DNA of 55,811 nucleotides from an uncultured Eubacteriales bacterium. GTDB taxonomy: Bacteria > Bacillota > Clostridia > Christensenellales > Aristaeellaceae. Shown here piece by piece: positions 36,821 to 44,469 of this stretch. Every line of letters starts with the position of its first letter. Positions within the stretch are counted from its first letter, which is position 1. The notes beneath the pieces are model-generated. The model saw only the letters and a list, made by a program, of their open reading frames with translations, was not told the origin of the DNA and did not search any database. The position numbers and the translations under genes were made by a program. The stretch is from contig ONWQ01000428.1 in assembly GCA_900321565.1 (NCBI GenBank), positions 1 to 55,811 of the forward strand, written 5' to 3'.

Positions 36821-39817
36821 TTAATAGAAAGTTGCCATGATCTGGGACAACTGATTCATGCCTGAAACCAGGGCGTCCTGGGAGGCGTTACTCTGAATTG
36901 CAGTCTGAAGTGTGGCAATGGCTGAAGCAAGTGAGCTGTATGCAGCAGCAGATGGATCCATGCCGGAGAGCATCGACTGGCCCTGAGACAGCAGCTGAAG
37001 TGCGTCAGCGATCAGTACAGCATTGGAAGGAACAGAGACGGATGTGTTTGGTGTATCTGTAGAAGAATACGGTGCATCCGGTGAGAATCCGGGCTCAGGC
37101 TGTTCCGAATAGGGTGAGACGGATGAATCCGGTGTGAAGGGGTCTGCATAAGGGGACTCGGTTGTCATGTTCCAGGCCGTGTGCATGGTACAGACTGATG
37201 CGGCAGATGCGGACTGTGCACCGAGATACTCGGTCAGTACGCTTTCGTACTGTGAGCCGATAAAGGTACTTAAAGGATGCCCGGCAGGCAGGGTAATACC
37301 GCTCCTTGTAATGACAGACGGACAATACTCGGAGGCGAGCATACCACTCTCAGCACAGTAATTCTGTGTAGTATGCAACTGGCAGTATACCGTGGGCTGT
37401 GTGCCCTGTGCCCAGTAGTCTGTCACAACCCCATAACCCATGGAGTCCTGATAGCATGCTTCTGTTGCCAGCTGACCGGAGACTGCACAGGTTGTGATCC
37501 TGAGCAATCCATATTCACTTGGATCGCCTTCGAGAATATCCCGATTGGAAAGACCTTTAGCAGTGTGAATTTTGCTCATATAACTCTGCCACAGAGGAGC
37601 TGCACCATTGCTTCCGGTTGACTTGGATGCCAGAGCTTTATAGTTGTCGTGGCCGATCCAGAGTGCGGAGGAGTAGTAACCGGTCATGCCGGCAAAAAAG
37701 ACACCTTTCTGGTCTGAATTGGTGCCAGTCTTTCCTGCAACGGTCTGGCCGGATATTTTGGCACTGGTGCCGGTACCGGATGCAACTGCGGTTTTCAGCA
37801 TGTCTACGATCATATAACTGGTAGAAGAGGAAAAGACACGATGACGGTCCTGGTGCGCATGGCCGTCCCAGACGACACGGCCTTCGCTGTCTGAAATGCC
37901 AAGTACCGATATCGGCTGCTGATAAACACCGCCATTGGCGAGCACACCATAGGCAATGGTCATCTGCAGGGGCGTGATCCCGCTGGAGCCAAGCGTGACA
38001 CCGAAAGGTGTTGCATCAATATGGTCCTCATCTATGCCCATACTTTTCAGAAACTGCACTGCATTATCGACACCAACCATGGACATCATGGTTTGCGCAG
38101 CGCCTGTGTTATAACTTCGCCGCATGGACTCACGCAGGGTGATGGGTCCGGTATAGCCACCGCCGCCATAGTTTTTAGGCCAGGTATCATTCCCTTTGCT
38201 GTCTTTCCATCCGGCGACCGGAAGAGGCATGTTAAAGGTGATGCTTGCAGGGCTGGCGCCGTGCTCGAGTGCAGGCGCGTATACAGTTAAAGGTTTGATG
38301 GATGAACCAACAGGCATCTTCATGCTGGTGGCACGGTTCAGGGTCTTCCTTGCGGTGGGAACATCCCGGGAGCCCACAATTGCCTTGATTTCACCTGTAC
38401 GGTAATCCAGTATGGCTGCAGCAGCCTGCGGTTGAATGACCTCCTCATAGGTTCCGTCTGCATTGCGTGCACGGTAGGTTTTATCGGAAGGATCCCTCAG
38501 AGCTGGGTACTTGGTCCATTCTGAGATGGTTTTCTCAAGTGTAGTCTGTACCTGTGTATCAATGGCAAGCTGAATCCTGTAACCACCGGTCCGCAGTTCG
38601 TTTTCCATGGCGTAACGGTTGGCGCTGGTATCTTCCAGCCCGTGGATTTCCAGAAGAATATCGATCAGCTCGGTGATTGCATATTCCACATAATGTGGAT
38701 ATGCATACATATTGCTTTCGCTGCTGGGATCGTGTTCAAGCACATGTGCTGTGGATGTATCCAGTGCGGACTGATACTGTTCATAGGAAATAAACTGGTT
38801 TTCATACATGCAGCGCAGTACATAATTTGTTCGGTTATTGGTGATGGCGGGATAATCAACACCTTCCTTGGCACGCAGGTAAAAATTCCGCCGAGGGTTA
38901 TAATAGTACGGACTGTTGGTAACGCCTGCGAGCATGGCACATTCCCGCAGGGTAAGTTCCCCGAGCGATTTGCCGAAATATCCCTGAGCGGCAACCTGGA
39001 CACCGTAATAGCTTTCACCCAGATAAATGGTGTTCAGATAGCTTTCCAGAATCTGGTCTTTGGTGTAAGTCTGTTCAAGCTGAATTGCCAAGTATGCTTC
39101 CTGTATTTTTCGCTTGTAACTTTGCTCATTGGAAAGCAGAGTATTCTTGATCAGCTGCTGGGTTATGGTCGAACCACCCTGGGTTGAAGTGGATGAAAGA
39201 TTGGACAGGAAGGCACCGGCAATGCGTTTCAGGTCTACACCATTGTGCGTGTAGAACCGGGCATCCTCTACCGCGACAAATGCCTGCTGAAGATACCGGG
39301 GCATGGCTGCGATGGAGACCATGACACGGTTTTCTGTGCCTTTATACTCTGTGATCAGATTTCCCTGCGCATCATATATGAAGCTTGTCTGAGCCTGATC
39401 ATCAAGAGCGGCAAGGTTCAGTGTGGGTGCCGTATCCACATATCCCTTGGCAATCCCTGCTACAATGCCAATGCATGCGATTCCTGCAAGCAGGACCAAG
39501 ACACACAGAATCCGTATGACATTTACGGCTGTGGAAATGATAAAGTTCGGTTTCCTGACGGATGGCTTCAGAATGCTGTGCGGCTGATGTTCTGCGTCAT
39601 CAATCAGAACCGGCTGGTCACCCCAATCGACATCTTCGTCCTGAGGAAAGCCGGTTTCGTCTGCCCAGTCAGGTGATTCTGATCCCGTTTCTTCCGGGAA
39701 GCTGCTGCCAGGAGACGGACTGACTCCGGATTCCTGCAAATCCGGAACAGGAAAATCCTGTGTAGGCTCCTCGTCATGTGATATATTTCTTCTCCGCGGA
39801 GACTGATAATCCGACAT
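36821..39817 (-). CDS. Class A penicillin-binding protein (PBP1A-type transglycosylase/transpeptidase) with acidic N-terminal and Cys-rich/low-complexity C-terminal extensions
   Basis: GAGGAGG lies 5 nt upstream of the ATG at 39817 (MSDYQSPRRR...), followed by a TM anchor. GT51 motifs are AFVAVEDARFYTHNGVD and GGSTITQQLIKN. Transpeptidase motifs are SSIKP, SYN and KTGT. The longer ORF reaching 40141 has no SD and is rejected. Confidence 0.9.
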   Translation of the reverse strand: MSDYQSPRRRNISHDEEPTQDFPVPDLQESGVSPSPGSSFPEETGSESPDWADETGFPQDEDVDWGDQPVLIDDAEHQPHSILKPSVRKPNFIISTAVNVIRILCVLVLLAGIACIGIVAGIAKGYVDTAPTLNLAALDDQAQTSFIYDAQGNLITEYKGTENRVMVSIAAMPRYLQQAFVAVEDARFYTHNGVDLKRIAGAFLSNLSSTSTQGGSTITQQLIKNTLLSNEQSYKRKIQEAYLAIQLEQTYTKDQILESYLNTIYLGESYYGVQVAAQGYFGKSLGELTLRECAMLAGVTNSPYYYNPRRNFYLRAKEGVDYPAITNNRTNYVLRCMYENQFISYEQYQSALDTSTAHVLEHDPSSESNMYAYPHYVEYAITELIDILLEIHGLEDTSANRYAMENELRTGGYRIQLAIDTQVQTTLEKTISEWTKYPALRDPSDKTYRARNADGTYEEVIQPQAAAAILDYRTGEIKAIVGSRDVPTARKTLNRATSMKMPVGSSIKPLTVYAPALEHGASPASITFNMPLPVAGWKDSKGNDTWPKNYGGGGYTGPITLRESMRRSYNTGAAQTMMSMVGVDNAVQFLKSMGIDEDHIDATPFGVTLGSSGITPLQMTIAYGVLANGGVYQQPISVLGISDSEGRVVWDGHAHQDRHRVFSSSTSYMIVDMLKTAVASGTGTSAKISGQTVAGKTGTNSDQKGVFFAGMTGYYSSALWIGHDNYKALASKSTGSNGAAPLWQSYMSKIHTAKGLSNRDILEGDPSEYGLLRITTCAVSGQLATEACYQDSMGYGVVTDYWAQGTQPTVYCQLHTTQNYCAESGMLASEYCPSVITRSGITLPAGHPLSTFIGSQYESVLTEYLGAQSASAASVCTMHTAWNMTTESPYADPFTPDSSVSPYSEQPEPGFSPDAPYSSTDTPNTSVSVPSNAVLIADALQLLSQGQSMLSGMDPSAAAYSSLASAIATLQTAIQSNASQDALVSGMNQLSQIMATFY

Positions 39818-40106
39818 GAAGACCTCCTCATGGTAATGCGTGAAACCTGAGTATGCACAGACAGATTCCGGGTCAGTGCCTGGCGCACCGAAGTGATTGC
39901 CAGGCGTTCGGACACTGGTCTGCTGCATGAACAGGGGCCCTGATGGAAACACCCTGATCATCAGGAAATTATAGCAGAATGAAAAAAGCGGAACAATAAT
40001 ATGCAGAGATTGGTACATGGCGCATATAACGGGATATCCGTTGCTGGCAGGGTATGGATATGATAAGATACTCAGGTCAGAACAGGCACGAAGAACATGA
40101 AACGGG

Positions 40107-40499
40107 GTGTTGAACACGAAAGCTGTTATGCTTGCATACAATATTCAGGGGGAGAGGTTTCGGCGACTGAACCTGCTTTGCAGGCAGAACGGGGTGGAGA
40201 TGCGCCTTGTTTCGCCAGCCTGTTTTGCGATGACGATCCTGGACGTGCTTGAGGGTAAGACGACTGAAACTGTCTGTACGGAAGCATCATTTGATACGGA
40301 GATGCTGGTATTTTGCGGGCTTTCATCCTATCAGCTGAATGCGATTCTTGATGGATTCCGTAAAGGGTTTGAGCCGGTAAGACTGAAAGCTGTCTTAACC
40401 GAGCACAATGGAAACTGGTCAGGTAACCAGCTTCAACAGGAACTGCTGATGGAAGATACGGCGGTACGGCTCGGACAAAGACGTCATCAGGGGGAATAG
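40107..40499 (+). CDS. DUF3783-like hypothetical protein
   Basis: About 125-130 aa. The N-terminus VMLAYNIQGERFRRLNLLCRQNGVEMRLV resembles DUF3783 proteins. The start is ambiguous (GTG 40107 or ATG 40128). The gene is followed after 2 nt by cobO. Confidence 0.55.
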   Translation: MLNTKAVMLAYNIQGERFRRLNLLCRQNGVEMRLVSPACFAMTILDVLEGKTTETVCTEASFDTEMLVFCGLSSYQLNAILDGFRKGFEPVRLKAVLTEHNGNWSGNQLQQELLMEDTAVRLGQRRHQGE

Positions 40500-40501
40500 G
40501 G

Positions 40502-41017
40502 ATGCTTCATATATATACGGGTGGAGGAAAAGGAAAAACAACGGCTGCACTGGGCCTGGCATTGAGGATGCTCGGCCATGGCAAGAAAGTGCTGGTCTGC
40601 CAGTTTTTAAAGGATGGTACCAGCGGCGAACTGGAAGCGTTGTCACAGTTCCGGAATGCAACGATCTGGGTAAGCGGTGATGTGCAGGGATTTTATAGCC
40701 GGATGAGCGTTACCGAACAGGAAAAAACACGGAAGCTTGTCAGGCAGGAGATCGAAGGGATTCAGGAAGCGTTGAGCATGCTGCAACCGGATATGATCCT
40801 TCTGGATGAGCTGGCAGAGGCGATATCCATTGGCTGCGTCAATGAAGAGGCTGGAATGGAGCTTGTCCGGGAGGCTATGAAATACGGGGAAGTTGTTGTA
40901 ACCGGCCAGAAAGCACCCAAGGCTATGATTCAGCTTGCGGATTACGTTTCGGATATTCAGTGCGTCAGACATCCTTATGCCAAAGGTGTGGATGCCAGAG
41001 AAGGAATTGAGTACTGA
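40502..41017 (+). CDS. cobO: Cob(I)yrinic acid a,c-diamide adenosyltransferase (CobA/CobO/BtuR family)
   Basis: IYTGGGKGKTTAALGLALRMLGHGKKVLVCQFLK P-loop, LDE Walker B (ILLDELAEAI) and the C-terminal HPYAKGVDAREGIEY. Confidence 0.85.
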   Translation: MLHIYTGGGKGKTTAALGLALRMLGHGKKVLVCQFLKDGTSGELEALSQFRNATIWVSGDVQGFYSRMSVTEQEKTRKLVRQEIEGIQEALSMLQPDMILLDELAEAISIGCVNEEAGMELVREAMKYGEVVVTGQKAPKAMIQLADYVSDIQCVRHPYAKGVDAREGIEY

Positions 41018-41052
41018 AAAACAGGCAGAGACATAATTCCCTGCCTGTTTTT
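41017..41052. terminator. Bidirectional rho-independent terminator between cobO and fucO
   Basis: AAAAACAGGCAG (41017-41028) pairs with CTGCCTGTTTTT (41041-41052) around a 12-nt loop. Confidence 0.7.
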
Positions 41053-41065
41053 CAGTATCTGAGGA

Positions 41066-42214
41066 TTACAGCATGCTACGGTACAGTGCTTTGATTTCTT
41101 CCACACTGGTCTCGCGTGGATTTCCGGGACGGCACGCATCAGCATAAGCGCTTTCAGACAGGAAGTCTACATCCTCGTCTTTCAGGATTCCCTTGAGGTC
41201 TGCAGGTATGCCAACATCCGAAGAAAGCTTCTTAACTGCAGCAATGGTTGCACAGGCTGCACTTTCATCGTCCATCATATCAATTCCGTCTACGCCCATG
41301 GCTTTGCCAATGGCACGATATCGTTTTCCGGCAACAGGTGCATTATACTCAAGGCCAAGAGGAAGCAGAATCGCGCAGGCAACACCGTGGGGGGTGTCGT
41401 ATAAAGCGCTCAGTCCGTGCGCCATGGAATGTACGATTCCAAGCCCGACATTGCTGAAGCCCATTCCGGCTATATACTGACCAAGAGCCATGCCTTCCCG
41501 GCCTTCGTCGGTACCTGCAACAGCATCACGCAGGCTGTGGCTGATCAGTCGGATCGCTTCAAGATGGAACATGTCAGAGATGGCGCAGGCACCTTTGGTG
41601 ATATAACCTTCGATGGCATGAGTCAGAGCGTCCATACCCGTGGAAGCTGTCAGCCCCTTAGGCATACTGGCCATCATATCGGGGTCAACGACAGCAATTT
41701 CGGGAATATCGTTTGTGTCCACGCATACAAACTTGCGCTTCTTTTCCACGTCGGTGATTACATAATTAATGGTAACTTCAGCTGCGGTGCCGGCAGTGGT
41801 GGCAACTGCGATGGTAAACACTGCATGATTCTTAGTCGGAGCTACGCCTTCAAGAGAGCGGACATCCGCAAACTCGGGATTTGTAACAATAATACCGACA
41901 GCTTTTGCTGTATCCATGGCACTGCCGCCACCAATGGCGATAATGCTGTCTGCCTGGGCATCATGAAATGCCTTGACACCGCTCTGTACATTTTCAATGG
42001 TTGGATTGGGTTTGACGTCACTGAAGATACTATAAGGAATGCCTGCAGCGTCCAGCAGGGTGGTGACCTTCTGTGCAACGCCGAACTTCAGCAGACTTTC
42101 ATCTGTGCAGACCAGTACTTTGCACTTTCCGCGGCTTTTCAGTTCCGGTACGATGTTTTCAATGGCTCCTTTCCCATGATATGAGATGCCATTGAGGACA
42201 ATACGATTTGCCAT
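41066..42214 (-). CDS. fucO: Lactaldehyde reductase / L-1,2-propanediol oxidoreductase (iron-containing alcohol dehydrogenase)
   Basis: 382 aa that align by eye with E. coli FucO across the whole length. Matching blocks are MANRIVLN, NPEFADVRSLEG, TTAGTAAEVTINYVITD..K.RKFVCVD, DALTHAIEGYIT, GQYIAGMGFSNVGLGIVHSMAH, and GNPRE near the C-terminus. Confidence 0.9.
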   Translation of the reverse strand: MANRIVLNGISYHGKGAIENIVPELKSRGKCKVLVCTDESLLKFGVAQKVTTLLDAAGIPYSIFSDVKPNPTIENVQSGVKAFHDAQADSIIAIGGGSAMDTAKAVGIIVTNPEFADVRSLEGVAPTKNHAVFTIAVATTAGTAAEVTINYVITDVEKKRKFVCVDTNDIPEIAVVDPDMMASMPKGLTASTGMDALTHAIEGYITKGACAISDMFHLEAIRLISHSLRDAVAGTDEGREGMALGQYIAGMGFSNVGLGIVHSMAHGLSALYDTPHGVACAILLPLGLEYNAPVAGKRYRAIGKAMGVDGIDMMDDESAACATIAAVKKLSSDVGIPADLKGILKDEDVDFLSESAYADACRPGNPRETSVEEIKALYRSML

Positions 42215-42270
42215 AGAACATTTCTCCTTTCAATAAACCAGGCCGGTACGATTCCGGGCTCTGGCAGTAA

Positions 42271-42939
42271 TCAGTTGTTTTTTGGCACAACAAAATCCCT
42301 GCATTCGGGTAACTGCTGCATTTCTCCGACAACAAGTTCTGCAATAACCCGGGCACCATATTCATTCAGGTGTGTAAAATCATCATGGCCGTCCGGAAAA
42401 TCGGGATGTTCACCTGGTGCAAGCTGTACGAACAGCTTGGCAGTTTCTGCCTTACCCAGTCGATGGTACAGCTCCCGGCTGTCCTGGCTCAGATCACAGA
42501 GCGGAATTCCACAGCTGGCAGCCAGTGTACGGACAGCCAGAGGATATTCGCCATGTGTATACATCGGATCCGTGTCTCCCATGAAGAAGCGACGCTCCAG
42601 CGGTGTAACCAGAATGGGCTGGGCACCTTTTTCCTGAGCCATACGGCAGTACCGCTGCAGATTCTGCGTGTAGGTTGTATGAGGGTCAGTATGACGCTCA
42701 TCGTTCTTTTCATCGTTGTGCCCGAACTGGATCATGAGAAGATCGCCGGGTTGCATTGCTTCATACACCGGGGCAAACAGATTCTGTTCCCAGAAAGAAC
42801 GTGTTGAACAACCGCTAAGCGCATGATTACAGACACGGACTCCTTCCCGGACAAAACTTGGGAGAGCGAACCCCCATCCGCGGAAAGGCGGGGTGTTATC
42901 ATCGACAGTGGAATCACCGATCAGATAAATTGTAGACAT
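42271..42939 (-). CDS. SGNH/GDSL hydrolase, CE12 rhamnogalacturonan acetylesterase-like
   Basis: The ATG at 42939 follows an AGGAG that overlaps the MATE stop. Block I is IYLIGDSTV, block III is FGHND, and block V is DDFTHLNEYG (DxxH). The product is 222 aa. Confidence 0.85.
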   Translation of the reverse strand: MSTIYLIGDSTVDDNTPPFRGWGFALPSFVREGVRVCNHALSGCSTRSFWEQNLFAPVYEAMQPGDLLMIQFGHNDEKNDERHTDPHTTYTQNLQRYCRMAQEKGAQPILVTPLERRFFMGDTDPMYTHGEYPLAVRTLAASCGIPLCDLSQDSRELYHRLGKAETAKLFVQLAPGEHPDFPDGHDDFTHLNEYGARVIAELVVGEMQQLPECRDFVVPKNN

Positions 42940-42950
42940 AATATCACTCC

Positions 42951-44321
42951 TTATAAAGATGACTTGGTTTGTGACCTTGGACGATACCAGTGAAGAAAAA
43001 AGTAAAGCACTTCCAGAATGCAACAGCAGGTCCATCCGACTGGATATCCGAATCCGACAAGCTTGGGGACATTGGCGACGAAGCGGGTGACCAGAAACAG
43101 ATAAATCTGACGGATAACAACAAATGAAAGAATCATGATCAGCATAGGACCACGTGAATCCCCGCGTCCGCGCAGGGCACCGGCAAGCACATGATTGATG
43201 CAGTTAAACAGCAGAAAAAAGACATTGGTATGAAGAAACAGGGCACCGAAGGTGATGACAGAGTCTTCAGCGGTGAAGAGTCCTACTGCCGGCTCGGCAA
43301 AGACAAACAGAGCAGTGGCAATCAGGCCTGTGACAAGAAGGGACAGCCCGACGGTCATCAGTGTTCCGCGATTTGCCCGCTGTTCCTGTTTTGCTCCCAT
43401 GTTCTGGCTTACGAAGGTGGTAGCAGCCATGGCCATGCTTTGCATAGGCAGCATGATAAACTGATCAAGCTTGTTATAACAGCTCCAGCCGGCCATACAG
43501 TCGGAGCCAAAAGCGTTGATATAGGACTGGACGAACACATTGGAGAAGGCGGTAATCACAGACTGAATGCCTGCCGGAAGACCGACAGAAAGGATTTGTC
43601 TGAGTATGGCAGGATCCAGGTGAAGATCTGACCACACCAGACGATAAATATCGTTGGTGCGTGTTAACAGGCCCAGAATCAGGATGGCAGAAATGAACTG
43701 GGACAGAATGGTTGCGATGGCAACGCCCGCAATGCCTGCCCTGATAACGAGAACGAAAAACAGATCCAGAAGAATGTTCATGACACTGGTCAGTATCAGG
43801 AACATCAGGGGTCTGGTTGTATCGCCTACAGCCCGCAGAATCCCGCTTCCCATATTATAAATCAAAAGGCCGGAGAGACCAAGAAAATATATAGTAAGAT
43901 ATGTTGTAGCGTCTTCGAAAACATCTTCTGGTGTGTCCATGAACCGAAGCATGGGTTTTACTCCGAGTGTACCAATGACAGTAAAAAGAATACAGCAAAC
44001 GAAAGTAGCTGTCATGGTGGTTTCGACAGTATCATGCAGCTTTTTCAGGTCCCGGGCACCGAAATGATGTCCGATAACCACACCGGCACCAACAGAAAAA
44101 CCATTGAAAAAAAACACAAGGATATTCACAATCACTGTAGTTGAACCGACAGCTGCAAGTGCCTGCTTGCTGACATAGTTTCCGACTACAATGGAATCGA
44201 CTGTGTTGTAGAGCATCTGGAATATATTGCCTAGCATCAGGGGAAGTGAGAACAGGATAATCTGCTTGATGATGGATCCGTGTGTCATGTCACGGGCGGT
44301 CGTGCTCTTTCCTGATGGCAT
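42951..44321 (-). CDS. MATE family efflux transporter
   Basis: GAGGTG lies 7 nt upstream of the ATG at 44321. IILFSLPLMLGNIFQMLYNTVDSIVVGN and the second-half repeat are typical of MATE proteins. Confidence 0.9.
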   Translation of the reverse strand: MPSGKSTTARDMTHGSIIKQIILFSLPLMLGNIFQMLYNTVDSIVVGNYVSKQALAAVGSTTVIVNILVFFFNGFSVGAGVVIGHHFGARDLKKLHDTVETTMTATFVCCILFTVIGTLGVKPMLRFMDTPEDVFEDATTYLTIYFLGLSGLLIYNMGSGILRAVGDTTRPLMFLILTSVMNILLDLFFVLVIRAGIAGVAIATILSQFISAILILGLLTRTNDIYRLVWSDLHLDPAILRQILSVGLPAGIQSVITAFSNVFVQSYINAFGSDCMAGWSCYNKLDQFIMLPMQSMAMAATTFVSQNMGAKQEQRANRGTLMTVGLSLLVTGLIATALFVFAEPAVGLFTAEDSVITFGALFLHTNVFFLLFNCINHVLAGALRGRGDSRGPMLIMILSFVVIRQIYLFLVTRFVANVPKLVGFGYPVGWTCCCILEVLYFFLHWYRPRSQTKSSL

Positions 44322-44368
44322 AAACAATCACCTCGGTTCAGCAGTCTGTCAGGCACAGCATCCCGGAC

Positions 44369-44397
44369 ATTATACCATGCCATGGTAAGGTTGCCTA
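44369..44397 (-). promoter_or_regulatory. Candidate sigma-A promoter for the MATE/CE12 (and possibly fucO) unit
   Basis: The minus strand reads TAGGCA (44397-44392), a 17-nt spacer, then TG-G-TATAAT (hexamer at 44374-44369). Confidence 0.45.
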
Positions 44398-44430
44398 TCA
44401 GGGATGACAAAGGTATAAAGTCCATAAAGT

Positions 44431-44466
44431 AAAAATCTCTGCCGCATGAATGAACACGCGGCAGAG
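44431..44466 (-). terminator. Rho-independent terminator of the arginine operon
   Basis: The minus strand reads CTCTGCCGC, a 12-nt loop, GCGGCAGAG, then ATTTTT, immediately after the carB-fusion stop at 44470. Confidence 0.65.
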
Positions 44467-44469
44467 GGA

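Noticed and set aside
39818-40141. A 108-codon N-terminal extension of the PBP1A ORF.
   Set aside because: There is no SD at 40141, and the extension is non-protein-like. GAGGAGG sits 5 nt upstream of the ATG at 39817. The extension would also overlap the divergent DUF3783-like gene.
41417-42184. A 255-aa plus-strand ORF antisense to fucO. Similar antisense ORFs occur at 29273-30019, 31623-32282, 24255-25082, 26953-27717, 18221-18910 and 52135-52860.
   Set aside because: Each is fully contained in a confidently identified gene on the other strand and has no motif or ribosome-binding support.
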